Source: Macrostomum hystrix (taxonomy: Eukaryota > Animalia > Platyhelminthes). From it: a stretch of 64,000 nt of DNA. The notes beneath the pieces are model-generated. The model searched no databases. It was given only the letters and a program-made list of their open reading frames with translations, and had not been told where the DNA came from. The stretch is taken from NCBI GenBank assembly GCA_950097015.1, contig CATNEN010000001.1:10788001-10852000 (forward strand), in the 5' to 3' direction. Below are positions 48,438 through 62,560 of this stretch, one piece after another (positions within the stretch are counted from its first letter, which is position 1; each line of letters opens with the position of its first letter). The translations under genes and the position numbers were made by a program.

Positions 48438-48749
48438 CTCACATATACACCGGCCACCATGTACATGTACGACGTACAATAAATTAGCCAATGACATTCG
48501 GTAAGATCGAAACTTTCGGAAGAATTGATTGATACTAACTCGATTTTTAATGAAACGGTCACACATAACACCGTGCAAATTTACAAAAACAAGATAAATT
48601 TAAAATCAAAAAATAAAATGAAGAGAACTTCTTACGCTCGTATTATCAAGGTTTGTTCCCGTCTTTTTATCTCATCTGCCATGCTAAAGGAATTTCCTTC
48701 AATAGAAGGAAATTTGGCAATCGATCAAATCCCAAAGCTAGAGGAAGTC

Positions 48750-51700
48750 TAACAATAAAATTAGAATCACAGTCTTTGAATGGAATGAGAAAGCAAAAAA
48801 GTACAATTAGTCAGAACCAGCAAGAATATCCTAGATCCTGAAGGTAGGCGTCGCAAAGATGTCGATCTTCTAATCATAGGTGATTTGCGAGAAAATGCCC
48901 ACTACGTTTGGATTAAAGATCTTTAATCAGCACAAAGCATTAGAATACTTGGTTGGCAGGCACGCCAACTCCTGTCCTATGGAGGGCGGGTCATAAGCCT
49001 AAAAGCGTTAGTTGAGTTAGAAGATTGCCCGTTTCTATGGAATCCCCTTTATCTAGTGTTTGTTTGTCACCGTCCCTCCGTCGCTCCAGGTCTTCTTGGG
49101 CGGTCCCGGCCTCCTCCAGGTCTCATCTCCAGATAGGGCTCAGGCAGGCTCCGATGTTGTAGGCATGGCCGGGCCAGGTCGCGTCAGGCCGTGCCAGGTC
49201 GGGCGAGTCCGGGCGGGTCCATGTCACGTTGGACCGACGTCGGGCAGGATCGGGTCAGATTAGGCCGCGCCGTGTCGTATCGGACCATACCAGGTTGAGT
49301 TGGACCGGGCCGTGTTGCGCTGAAATGATAGTGAAAACTCGGGGCGAGTAATTATCTTAATCTATCTATTCTTAGTTGCTTGACCTCTAGGCGAAAGTTG
49401 CTCGACCTCTAGGCGAAAGTTTTCTCTCGAGTTCTTTTCAGATTTTTAAGTCTTATAATCATCATGAATCGGTAGCAATGTGCCGTCTTTGTCTGAAGCA
49501 TTATAGTGGACCCGATCGTGATGAAAAACTTGAAGAGCATGAATTGACCTGTGAAGATCATCCAACCAACTGCACACTTCCAACGGATAAGTATCTCAGA
49601 TTTAAGAGTTATCACAAGATGGAAAAACTCCCATTTATAGTATACGCTGACTTTGAATGCACTATAAACCCTGAAACCAATAAGCATGTCCCAAATTCTG
49701 TTGCGTATCTCTTTATTGGACGAGACTCTTTTATTGGCTCAAACTATTTCTTAGGTGACCAGTGTGTTGAACAATTCATTTACTCGATGATGGAATTACA
49801 GAAAAATGTTGCCGCCATTCAGCCTGTCCCAATGACTATGTCCGATCAAGATGAAATGAACTTCAACTCTGCAACTCATTGTCACATCTGCCGAAAGCTA
49901 TTAACATCCTGCCACGCCAAAAACCACACGGTCAGAGACCACGATCACTTCACAGGAAAATTTAGAGGGGCAGCTCATAACACCTGTAATCTGAAACTAA
50001 AGAAAAACATCCGCGACCTTACCATTTACTTCCATAACGGAAGGGGATATGATTATCACTTACTGGTTGAGAAGCTGGGTATGATACCATTCATTAAACT
50101 AGAATGCATCGTAGAGAACAAAGAAAAGTTCAAGTGCATTGATATTAAGCGAGATTCAGGCAAGATTAAGATCAAAGATTCATTCCAGTTTCTAGCCGCA
50201 AGTCTCGATGCTTTGAGTAAAAATCTCACCGATGACCAATGCACTTATACCAAGATGCTGGCAGATTCCCTCAATCCTAGAACCCCAGATTCATTTAAGC
50301 TTCTTAGAAAGAAAGGTGTCTACCCTTATGAATGTAATCATGTCTTTGCAAAATTACCACCACCCAAACACAAGTTCTTTTCAAAGCTAACAAACTCTGG
50401 GATTTCTGATGAAGATAATGAGCATGCTCAGACTGTTTACAAACATTTTAACTGTCGAAACTTTCTTGATTATCACATCATTTATATTTTAACTGATGTC
50501 TTTCTTCTAGCTGATGTATTTGAAACCTTTAGAAAGACCTGGTACTTTGCTTATGGTCTTGACCCCGCTCATTATGTTTCTTTGCCTGCTACCAGTTGGG
50601 AATCATTGCTTAAAATGAAATGGGATCAAAATCCCAACTGGTACATCGAGCTGCTTACAGACATAGACATGTACAACTTTAAAGATTCATCTAAGAGAGG
50701 TGGCATCTCTATTTGTGTCCATAGGTATGCAAAGGCGAACAATCCGTATCTAGAAGACTATGATAAAGAAAAGCCTTCAATCTACATCCTTTACCTGGAT
50801 GCCAACAACCTCTATGGTTGGGCTATGAGCCAAGATTTACCTGTTAGAGATTTTAGGTGGCTAACAGAAAACAACAAAAACTTTTCAATACCTGCGATCT
50901 ATGAAGTTGATGTTGAAATCCCATGGGAACTTCACGACGATTTCTCTGACTTTGCCCCCTTCCCTGAGAACATTAACTGTCCAAAGATAATCCAGTACAA
51001 TGATGGAAGCTGGCGGCTATCAACAGAAAAAGAGCATGTGAAAAAGTTAACACAAAATCTCATGAACAAGACACGCTATAAAATCTACTACAAACTGTTG
51101 CGGTATTTTATCTCCCTAGGCTGTAGGGTTACGAGAGTTCACAGGGCTCTCGCATTCACAGAAGAAGCGTGGATGAGGCCATACAAAGAAAAAAACACCC
51201 AGTTTAGAACTAATGCAACAAACAGCTTTGACAAGGACCTGTTCAAGCTTGCAAACAACTCTGTCTATGGCAAGACCCTAGAAAACGAACGCAACCGCAC
51301 GAACCTGAAACTCGTTACCTGTTGTGAGCCTGGTGTCATTCAGACAAGTTTATCAAAGCCCACATTCAAGGAGCTTCATATCTTTAATGTTACTTGGGCG
51401 CCATACTGTTCTATAAGACTAAAGTTACCCTATGCAAGCCGATATTCACAGGTGTGACTGTACTCGATGAGTCGAAGCGCCTGATGTATAAATTCTTCCA
51501 TGACATGAAGCGGCAATATGGTGAACAACTGAAACTTCTATATACAGACTCCCTAATTCTAAACATACAGACTGAGGATGTCTATCAGGACATGTTGAAT
51601 CAAAAACATCTGTATGACCTATCCGAATATCCAGAGTCCTTCAAGACTTTGAAAGGCTTGAAAGGCTTTGAAAGGTACGTGATACAACAAATCAAAAAGT

Positions 51701-52053
51701 TGTAGGAAAAATGAAGGATGAAACGGCTGGCACCCTTATCACAGAGTTATCGGTTTGAGTGCAAAGTCCTATTTTGTTGAAAGTTGTAAGTCTACCATTA
51801 AAAAATCAAAAGGAATCCCAAATATGTTGTTAAAAACGATCTCCATGAAGCTTCATACAAGGACGCATTGATCAGTAATAAACTCACCACCGATGAATTT
51901 ATGAAACTGCAGTCTAAAAACCACAACATTCACACAATTCAACAGAAGAAGATAGGCCTCTCAGGTGCTGATAACAAACGATATATATTTGCTGACAACA
52001 TTAACAGCCTACCATTTGGGCACAATAAATTAAATAATTTGAACCAAAAATGA
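48750..52053 (+). pseudogene. polB: Protein-primed DNA polymerase B of Polinton/Maverick/adintovirus type, frameshifted and interrupted
   Basis: VDLLII..HYVWIKDL; YADFE; CHIC..VRDHDHFTGKFRGAAHNTCN; FHNGRGYDYH; KGVYPY; YLDANNLYGWAM; KLANNSVYGKT. The catalytic YxDTDS is reduced to YTDS. Confidence 0.92.
48923..49424. mobile_element. Unclassified ~500-bp insertion in polB
   Basis: Separates HYVWIKDL from SRVL; GC-rich core and a terminal 22-bp duplication. Confidence 0.45.
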
Positions 52054-52445
52054 CAACCAATATTTATTTAGAAGAGCTAGCTCAGCAATTAAAAATCGCA
52101 AACTTCAGAGGAGTCTTTATGATGGATACACTGCCAGAATCCCCACTAGAAAAAGAATGTGGAATCATGAACTTTGACCCTGCAGAAAAGCCAGTTTCTC
52201 ATTGGGTTTGTTGGGTAATTGATCCGAACCGTAAACACAAGTACTATTACTTTGATAGCTATGGAACTGCTGTACCTGAACAACTGAGAAATTATATGAG
52301 ACACAAAATATACCGCTCAGATTTTATACTCAAGGGGCTTAACAGTGATGTTTGTGGCGAGCTGTGTATGACCGTTTTGTAAGCAATGACCCACACCCGA
52401 AAGAGTTACGAAGAAATCATTTTAGGGCTGAAAAATAAGTTTTAG
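52050..52445 (+). pseudogene. Adenain-family (C5) cysteine protease of Polinton type; probable premature stop at 52380
   Basis: FRGVF; GIMNFD...SHWVCW; YYFDSYG; SDVCGELC. Its start overlaps the polB stop. Confidence 0.85.
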
Positions 52446-53010
52446 GTCCTGTTTATTTTCACCACTTTCGCCAATTTCGCGACATGCTGTTTGAACACAT
52501 TCTCCAGATCATTTCTTAGCTGGCTCATTTCATCAATGGCATTTAGATTAAGCCTTACTCGCTGTTCATAGAGGGCTTGAATGTTTTTAAACTCATCCTC
52601 TGAAATGCACTTGTCCTCAATCGCCTTTGAGATGTACCCGATGATAGAGCTTTTGTCGTCTGTTCCGTGATAGTGCCCCTGTAACTGCTGAAATCAGACC
52701 ACATGTGGCACCAACAGCTCCGAGTGGAATGGCGATTGGCGCAGTGGTTACAGGAATTGTTGAAACAGCAGCTGCTGATCCCGATAGAACAGATACAGAT
52801 CCAAGAAGCATATTAAGGTAATCGAAGACCTTGCACTGGCTATTATAGCGCTTCAGTTTCTTGGTATTATGATCAATTTGCCGTTCAAGATCATCTCGCA
52901 TCTTTTGAATCTCCACCAATCTGAATTGCTGCGAGTTGCAAGTGAATATAACTGGGGTTGGGTAAATGGGTTGGTAGTTTGAAGGAGCACTAGGTTGCTT
53001 TTGATCATAT
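52445..53010 (-). pseudogene. Polinton/adintovirus-associated putative membrane protein, frameshifted
   Basis: FRLVEIQK..coiled coil..two hydrophobic helices..ISKAIEDKCISEDEF pattern, recalled from such elements. Confidence 0.55.
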
Positions 53011-54896
53011 CGCGAGTTTATTTTTCAGACATTTTTTGAACGAAAAAAATTATAATTTTTATGACCTTACTCGCAAATCTGTTGCACGCCTTGCTGCCTC
53101 CCTTGATGCCTCTTCTGATGTTCGGTCCATCAGATACTCTTGCTTCTTCAATGTCAATGTCTGGCAGATTGTGCAGTCTCTATAGTCGGCCGAGTCTTCT
53201 TTTCGTTTTTCCCCAGTCGTTGTATATCCTATTCAAATACTCAGTGTGTCTTGTTACGTTTAGCCCCATGGGTCTTATCTAAGTTTTTGATAAGTTTTCT
53301 ACAAGTTAAATGTACTAACGATATAACGAAGCAAACCAAGGAGAGCTATATTCCCCTCGCGCTGCGCCGAGCGCACTTACTGTATAAAGTAGGGTACAGA
53401 ACCAAGAGTACTCTATGGCCCAACTCTTGTTAGTAAAATAAGCATAGTTAAAGCACAACATAAAAATCTCAATCATCGTCTTAATACTTATTACACTCGG
53501 CCTACCAGAGATTCTACTTATATTGCGCCACTGTGGTGCTTCTTGCTTTCCATGCACACTTTAAGCGCTAAACTCTTCCTGCTACTTACAGGAGCTATTA
53601 TAGCTCACTCGGATTACTCATGAAACTACTGCGTAGTGGTAGCAACGATTACTCAGCCGCATAGAAAATATATTATAGATGTAATATATTCTATACTCTA
53701 GATGGGCCACCAAAGCATCACGGCAAAGGCCAATATGCGAGTGCCGTTTTTCGCCACATTCTCGAAAAGCCGACAGCGGGATTGAGAAATTGAGTTCAGT
53801 TTAACAAAGAGCCATGTGGGTTCAGTAGCTGCTTTTCGCGCTGTCGCAAATGTAGAATGTGACAATCGTTGCCACGCAACTGGGGCGTACAAAGGAGTTT
53901 ACAAAGGGGTTTACAAAGCGGTGTATTCTGGAATTTTCCGCGTCAGGGTCTGCCTGAGATCAATCAAACAAGTCTGAACTCACTGTGCAAACGTGTATGC
54001 CCAATGTAAACACCCGGTAGTAGAACCGGTTTTTCCCCAAAATTTTACTATAAATACAAGCGAAAATCCGAGCTAAAAATTCAGACTCGGAGCGGTCCAC
54101 CGGACTTCAAAACACCTTACGAAGAAGACGACTCATCTCCGGGGGAAAGACAAGTGGTAAGCGCTTTACTAGACAGAGTTATTTATTGCTAGCAATAGTT
54201 TTTGAATTGAACTAAGTTTACGAGAGCCACATATCGTCGATATATTTGAGAAAGGCATCCTTGTTTCCTAGGATACATTCCTAGAGGATTATTGATTGAT
54301 TTGATTTGAGTTATCCGTTATCTTTCGGAGGTAACGAAGAAGACGCCCTTCACGAGGACCTATTAGAGATTTCACGAGAGATTTCAATTGTTCACTAGGG
54401 CGCACGTTTCTATTGTGAATTCCGAGCTCGAGGAAGTAATCTGATTCGCTCTCGTCATTTATTGGTCAACAGACAAACTCAAGCAGCTGCCAAGAAGACA
54501 AAGAAGACAAGACTACAAAGACTCAAGAAACACAGACTCGAAACCTCACGGTCGACCAGAACAAGGATAAGAAGAACCGCCGGCTGTCGAAGACCAAAGG
54601 CTACGAACTACTCACTACCAAGGAACAAGAAGCAACTGCAGTAAGTGTCACGTGACTTATAAATTCCTAGGCAATTGTTCCCCATTGTCTAGAAGTGAGA
54701 GTTTCGTGTGTCTGATCAACACGCAACTCTTCAGAAAGCTCGGCTTAATTTATAGCATCTTTCATTAAGAATAGTCAGTGATTTTTTAAGAGGATAATTT
54801 TAAATAAATATGATTTGGGTGGCCCACTGATTTGGAGTGGAGCGAGATTCGCAGTGAAGCAGATCACTTTAAGTTGATAAATAGCATACACTGAAG

Positions 54897-57800
54897 TTAT
54901 TTCAATTGTTTCACCAATTGAAATAAAAAAACGAGCGGAGCGTGAGGAACTGCATTACGATAGTTCCCCTGACAGCTATGACAGAAGTGACAGATCTTTC
55001 CCCATTTGGGAATGGGATGGACTCAATAATCTCATTAGCCACCTATCATAAAGATTGCAAATAGTGCAAATAGGTTTAGAGTTGTGTATACATGGCCATA
55101 GTCATAGTCAGCGTTAATAGTCAAAGTCAGTGTCATTTTCATAGTAATTTAGTCATAGTCATAGACATAGACATCCAGCTATCCAGAGCCTTGGTCATCA
55201 GGTCGAATTGCAAGTCAGTCAGTCGGGCCTTATTAGCTGGTCGAAAGCACTGTCTGAGAATCAGTTCAGAGTCCTGCTTAACACCGTGCAACTGTCGGGT
55301 GCTGTTTGTTCGGCTGACCATAGTGATGCTGCTGCTGCTGCTGATGAGTGCCTGTAGTTCGCGAGGAATGACGACTACAGTAGTTTCACCAATTGAAATA
55401 AATACGAGAGAAGTATGAGGAAGCCAAGGTAGTAATTCGTGAGTTAACTGAATTCATGGCGACCCGACCCCACATTCCATGAGCGCCTCAAAAGCTAAAA
55501 TCCTGGACAGCGTTCAAAAGGAATAAAAATGCTCACTTTAAAGCTGTTGCAGACGTTCCGCTGTAATCCTGCAACGTTGGTGAAATTGCTCGAACACCAT
55601 TCGTCGAAGCCTGAACGAAGACGATTGGGCCATTTGCTGGAATACTATGAAAGGCGGCAGAGACATGAACAGCAGATCCTGTATTCTGCGAGTCCGAGTG
55701 CAGGCAGTGTACAACAGACCGGGTGTGAACTCTCTGCGATCCAGGTGTAAAATTGCCTTCTCCAACGTTTTTCCCTGAGCCTTGTGTACTGACATTGCAA
55801 AGGAAAGCTTTAGAGGAAACTGCTTCCTATATCTGACGTTGGTGTCATCGTCTGCCACGCTCGTCACTGGGACTAGAGCGACAGAGTGAGCAATTTCAGG
55901 CAGGAATGGAGGTCCAGAGAATCCAGGAAAACACACGACAATGACATCAGGCAGATCGGGAGGGCTGCGTCCAGGAAGATAACAGATGTCGTACACTATG
56001 CCTTCACTTCCATTTGTCAGACCAGCAGTAACCCAGATGTTGCGTGTCAACATGACCTGGGCTCCAACTGCCAGATAAAGTTTATTACTTAGTCCTTCGA
56101 TGCGCACAGTTCCTCGGCTGTTAAATGAATGAATTCCAATGATAGGCTCCTGCATTGAAATCAGTGCTGTTCGATTGCATACATTCTTGACAGAATTCAC
56201 CATGCAAATGTGCGTGGCTCCAGCAAATTCCAGCTGCTCATCTACAGCAACAGAGTTGAATAGTCTCTCCTGCCAATGCCTGTAGTCGGCAATTGTAAAC
56301 GTGCCATCACGAAGCCGCTGTAATTCATCGCGAAACTGCAACTCTGACTGGCCCGTTTGTCTCTCATTGACAGCTAATTCAAAACAGTCTGTGAAAAGCT
56401 CGAAGAGAATAGTAGCATCAGAGTGCATCTTGGTGGCGTATTTTGGGTTTTCAGCAAACAACGGAGTGTCCTTCACAGGCGGTAGTTGACACCAGTCACC
56501 CAACAGAACGATGGAAATCCCACCAAAAGGCTTTGTTGCATTGGCTGGAAAAAGCTCTCTCAACCGATGATCAATGCATGCAAAAGCTAATTTACCCATC
56601 ATGCTTTTCTCGTCAATGAACAGCATGCGCAAATTTTTATGCTGCGCTTGCAAACGCACTAGCTGCTCTGCTGATAACGGTTGGATATTTTTAGGCTTCA
56701 GTGGCAAGCTCAACAGGCTATGAAGCGTGCAACCACCAATAAGATTTGCTGCGCAGCCTGAGTAGGCAGCAACTTGAGCCACAGAGCTGTCATTCAAGGA
56801 AGCAGAGCTTCTCTGACGCAAACTTTCTGTAAGATGTTGAAGAATGCACTTCAATGTGAATGACTTGCCACAACCAGCAGCTCCAGAAATGTCAACATAA
56901 ATAGGTTTAGGCCATTCACTCTGCAGATCAACAATGCAACGGACATATTCATCGAGTTTTTGTGTAATATATGTAAAAATCTGTCTCTGCTTTACGTTAA
57001 GCGAATTTGGGTCAATCATGTGGACATCATCGGTAACTTTTGCTTTATCACCAATCTGGTTATACTGTTTAGTTGTATTCTTCAACCAATGAACACCAGC
57101 TTCAATTTGCTGAAGAGAGAGCCTTCTATTGCAGCAAGCGTAATCAGATGCTCGAGCCATTTTTTCCAGCTCCTCTTGTTCATCGTCGGAGTCAACCTGA
57201 AGCTCTTCGTTTGGATTATTCCTATGCACACCAGTCCAGTCCGCCTGGAAAATCAGATTATTTGGCACGGGAAGATCATCGGGAACGAGTTCAGCTTCAT
57301 TGGAGTCGTCACGACAATTGATAATTCTTTCTGCAATGTCGTCGACAACCTTCTTAGGTCCCCTCTGCGGCAGCTGAAGTTGATAGAACTGTTCCTTAAC
57401 ATAAGATGGACACCTCGAGTTGTTTTTGACGAATTCAGCGAGCATCACATCGGCTGTATCGATTTCTAATTCGCTTGGCTTGGCACCCGGTAGGTGCAGA
57501 ATCAGCTGCTGCCAGCAGAATTGTTTATACTGTGGCGAGCCTTTCACGGGTGCTTTGACAATTGAAGGCACCACATGTGGAATGTAGGCAGTGTTGTGCG
57601 AACCTCGTTCACCACTGCCTAGTGGCCTCCACTTGGAACTGTAGCTACTCACAAATTCATACAATGTGACAAGCCGAGGGTCCGTAGTAACATCTCCACT
57701 GATAAAAGCTTGCAAGAGATTAAAAAAGTTTGGGTCTTCGTCTTTGCTCCAGTAAAGTTCTGCCCAATCAATTGAGTTCTTTGCTAGAAGTTTCTTACCA

Positions 57801-60800
57801 CCCAAGCTGACCGTACGAAATTCGCGTCTGAATTCAACAAAGTGTTGGTTAAATATTAGGTAAAATGCTTCTTGCATTGAGTAGTCGCGCTTTCCAGTCC
57901 ACTGAATCAGCAGCTTCTGGTACACAGATGCGCGTGTTTTATCCAGTGCACTACTTGAACTTTTCAGCACGTCGGCAGTAATAACGGAAAATGCATCTGA
58001 GCTTCCTTCGCCTTTCAGGGTGTACTTCATGAGGTACTTTAGCAGCGACGAATAAGATTGCACCAACTGGACATCAACGTTGCTTCTGAAAATTTGCGCT
58101 AATTCTGGCACGTGTGAAACAACGAAAGGGTGATTACGAATTACAAGCATCCCACTCCGGTCAAAAACTATGTTACTGTGCGTACCTCCTCTACGATAAA
58201 AAGTTTCTGGTTTGGATTCTCCTTCACGAACGCCAGAATTGCAGGGCCAAAGAAAATAATCGACCAAATCACGCGGAAACTGAAAACGGCACTTATCACT
58301 ATTATGTTTAAAGCAGGACGACTTGCCCTTCCGGCAGTCATGAAGCAGGGTTCGGTTTGTTAAGAGAGTGTAGTCATGACGCAAAACGTCTTTTAGTGCA
58401 GAACGCTCCTTGGCACTGGCAGCGACATCTGAATAGCGCATTCGAAGGCAATTGACTGGAGGTTCCTGAAAATTTTCTCCCAATGGAGGCGGCCACTGCT
58501 TCACATTGCACTCCGGATGAACCGCTCTGACCCCCATCAACATCGTGAATTTTTCGTATCGCAATTTGCTTTCATGAATGGCCGTAGACTCATCGTCGTT
58601 ATAATTTACCATGCCAGCATGCTGCTTCCAAAGTAACGATGCCAGTTTGAGATCCGCAGCGGTCACAGCATTTGGGACCTGCAGCAGGATATGAGCATGC
58701 ACAGATCCCCTGAATTGATACTCGTACCGAATAATAAAATCAATGACGCCGAATGCAGGACGAATCACGTGCTTCATGAAGTGTCGCACTTTTTCGCAGA
58801 AAAACCAGTCAGCCACATCAGAATTGTTTCGCAGATTCTTCATGCGCATCGCCATATCCGACTTAGCATCCAGACTGCCATGAGGCAGCGTGTCACCTAC
58901 GCCGAGACGGATCACGTTCTTATCTACATAATTATTTTCCCTGTCTAAAATAAGATGTAAATCCTTCCATTGCAGATCTGCAGCCGACAAAGTCATGAAA
59001 ACGTTGAACATTTGATCGCCACGAATTCTATTGTAGGCACAGTACGAAAGAGATTTCCGAGCCATCTGTTGAAAGTAAGATGGACTACCTTTTATTACAG
59101 ATGCAAAATGTGACAGCTTGTTAATGATACTTCGGTCTCCATTTTGATAACGTCGAGCCAGTTCCTCAGCCGAAAGTCCAGCAACAGCACGATCGCAGAA
59201 CACTCCACCGATCTGCATTGCCTGATGACGCTGCAGCATGTTTGCAGCCACAAACGGAAACAGGTGATGCTGTGCAAATCTTCTGTCGAGCTGTACAAGA
59301 AACTGAAAGTATTTCTGATAAGTGCCTGTTGTCAGCTGTGGCTGTTTCAAGCGCCCACTGCGAGTGATGTCGCATCGGCCGTAAGGAAAGAGGCAAGGAA
59401 AAGCACAAGTAAAGTAGCCAGGGGTTTTCTCTTGCACTGCATGTGATCCGACAGCTGGGTACGGAACGGAAATGTTCTGCAAAGCTCTTAGAATCAACTT
59501 CTCTTGACGTAGACCCGAGAAATCCCCACCTGGCTGAGCGGCACTCCGATCGATATGAATATCGTCGGAACTGTCTTTGGGACCGGAGTCGGCTGAATTT
59601 TCAACTCCAATATCAATGTGCGGCACTTCATCAATGCAGCCATCTTCGGGAAGGGTGTTAAGTAAGTGGTCGTCAATTTCGATAGATTTATACTCTGGGT
59701 TATTTAAGCGCAACCAATTTAGTGCTCGTAGCACACGATGTCGCCTTACTCGAAAGTCTTTAACCTTGGTTACACAGGTTCCAGGCATCCGCACCACGAG
59801 GAAAGGCAGGTTGGCTGCACTGCAGGGCAAGCGATTAATAAACCCTTGCACATCCTGCTCAAATGCAATAGAATGACCACGGCTTAAGTTACATGAAGAT
59901 CCACGCAGTAGATATACCGTTTTCACAATATGCAGCCGCGAGATCAAAGCTTGCTCCACGCATGTCAGATCATTCAGGTCAGGGGGCACATCTTCCAGAC
60001 TGAATCCATTGGCTGGTGAAAATAGTGGGGTGTCTGGAACTCTGCAATATTTACACTTTCCATTATTGTCTACATCAAGATTGGGCCACTGTCGTTCACA
60101 AACTTTGCACTTTTTCCAAGTCGCGTATTCGGCAATATTGGCGTCAAATTTAATTCCTAAGCCCAAAAATGGGTTGAAGTCTAGTAAGTAGCTCTTAAAA
60201 TCGACAGCATCAGCATGCAACCGCATCGCGTCGAACTCCATTTGCCGATATTCTATGAAATCATTGAATGTCGGTTGTAGCGATTTCTGCATCATCCATT
60301 CATCATACACAGAAGGCCTCTGGGGGGTGGAGTTGGTACCAACCTCTTCGTTGTCGTTGGCTGCATGTTGTGCCCGTGACGGAAGCTGCGCATCGTCGTA
60401 AATCTGTGAGCAAAAAGGAGCTGCATCTTGCGAGGCATTACCAGCTTCACCAGAAGCAGCATATGGTGAATCCACGGGAACACTCGTAGAGGCTGAAGCA
60501 GCATCCGGTGGATCTGCGTGAACACTTGTAGTAGCGGCATTACTAAAACGCACTTGCTGAACGTTAGCAGAGAAAGGAGATGAGTGTAGATCAGCTGTGA
60601 GAATCAAAAGACAGCAGGTTCTGCCGCCGAGGCCAACTTCTTCCTTGCTGATGGATGTGACAGAGAAATCATTACATCGATACCAGGAATCGTTGTTGTA
60701 CACATCACAGAAAAAGTGTGATGTACCAAGCTGCTGGCTTCCGGTTTGATGCACTACTGCTGTAGGATAATAGACTCGATTTCCAATTCTAAATTCAGCG

Positions 60801-62449
60801 ACTAAGTTTACTAATGACCGCACGGGCTCTAATGACTCAGTAATGCGCGACAGCTCAACTACTATGTGCTTAGGTGCTTGGTTAAATTCCAAATTTGGCT
60901 GGGCATTGGGGCAACATTGCTGTGCGACAGAAATCGTCATCCATCTGACAATTAAATCCTGCAGTGTCATACTATTGGCTGTCGAAGGCACTGGCAATGA
61001 AAGCAGTAAATGTCGGCCTTCATATAGCACTGATAAGCAGGTATCACACCTGATAAAAATTGGCAGCTCAAACAAATGGCGTACAGCATCACTCCTAGTT
61101 CCAACAGCCAGATGCTGCAACAAAGCCGACAAAAATTCTGCACAATCACCAAACTCACCAACAACGAATTGCGGACCCGCTGCACCTACCGCAGCCACTG
61201 CATTGATGAGTCGATGCACATTCTGCTCTTGTCCTGATCTGCTACAATTCGCCAATAATAACTCGACATTCGTGGCAGTAGCTTGCTCTCCGATGTCAGA
61301 TGCCAACTGGCCCAGGACAGTGCCGGATATCAGACTGGTGAGCGCACTGTTTGCAAAGCAAACGTAACGCGTGTTTGGCCGCGAAATAGGCAGAGGTGAA
61401 GCAGAAGAAGAATTCCCTGGAGCATGTGTAGAACGTTATAGAGAAATTAAATATATCATCGGGTCTCGGACCCTAATCTCTTGTGTGGTGAAAGTATAAA
61501 AACACAAACTTACTTGCAACCCGACGACCGACGAGCAATCCGAAGTCACGTCCTTCGTGTCCAAACTGACGACGCCCTTTTTCACCAAATTGTTTTCCTT
61601 GAACGCCAAATTGCTTTCCTCGTGCACCAAACTCTGGACCCTTCAGCCCTCCGAGTAAATTGAAATTGCAGCTTCTCCTACAGCATGACTGCCGACCTTT
61701 CTTCCAAAACAGTCCACATTTTGGACAACTAGCTGGAAACTTCGGAGGGCTCATTTTGTTTCTAATTTAATTTTTACATTTTAATAGACTAATTTATTAT
61801 TTTATAATACTAAGTCAGTACAACAATATCAGCTAACAATGTCGCTGCAGTAGTGGTGGTGGTCCTTATGTGGGCTGCTTCGTGCTGTGTGGTGTGGTGT
61901 GGGGTTGTTTTGTGTTTTCTGTCTTCACATGCACATTAACTGGCCCGAAAGGATTTGGGGTTGGTGTGTGCTGCACAATTGAATAGCAGCCAGCCTTCCT
62001 TCCTTAGTGTCAGTGGTGTGTGGCTTTGGCAAGTGCAGGCCAATTGGTTAAGGGGCGAAGGGGAGGTCGGGAGCCTTAGTGTGGCTGGCTGGCTGATGCC
62101 CGCTGCTGTGCTAGGCCAGTGAATTCAATGTACATTAACTGCCCCCCTGCTGCGTGGAGCCTGCCTTCCTTAAGGAAGGAAGGAAAGGAAAGTTAAAAAG
62201 GCTCTGACTTCTGACCTTGATGCTAAAAATAGCTCAGAAAGGGAAATACTCAATTTTGAGCAGGAAGCAATGGAAATGTTGCAAGTCTGTTTTGGTGATC
62301 CCAAACTAATTTTCGACGACGAATCGAATGGCGCAAGTCCCAAGAAAATCGGTAGGGTACGAGCTGAGAAAAAGGGGGGGGGTTTGGCACATCAGACCTA
62401 CCGGGGCATCATAAACCTAAAGACTCGCTCCGCTTCGCTCCGCTCGAAA
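54897..62449 (-). mobile_element. Helentron/Helitron2-type rolling-circle element
   Basis: Asymmetric TIRs CGAGCGGAGCG (54932-54942 and 62436-62446); 5' end begins TTT; 12-bp hairpin (54897-54926) distal to the 3' TIR; internal RepHel. Confidence 0.78.
55538..61754 (-). CDS. USP(C19)-Rep(HUH)-PIF1 fusion; exons 61754-61514 and 61416-55538; ~2039 aa, intact
   Basis: NTRYVCFANSAL; GDCAEFL; HQTG..GTSHF..WYRCND; VRRHRVLRALNWL..NNPEY; FMTLSAADLQW; YEYQFRGSVHAH; KYLMKY; GAAGCGKS; IDEKSM; GDWCQLPPV; SVHKAQGKT. Confidence 0.9.
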
Positions 62450-62456
62450 TTAACTT

Positions 62457-62560
62457 TTCGGTGTTATGAAGTTTCGACCGTGTGAAATTTCGACCTTATG
62501 AAGTTTCGACCTTGTGAAATAAATTGCTTTTTGACGTTGTGAAATTTCGACCTTGTGAAA
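62457..62560. repeat. Short TGTGAAATTTCGACCT-like repeats
   Basis: About 5 imperfect copies; possibly subterminal repeats of a DNA transposon. Confidence 0.55.

Noticed and set aside
54040-54660. Gene starting at TATAAATA (54049) with two donor sites
   Set aside because: No credible ORF or acceptors could be linked; left unannotated.
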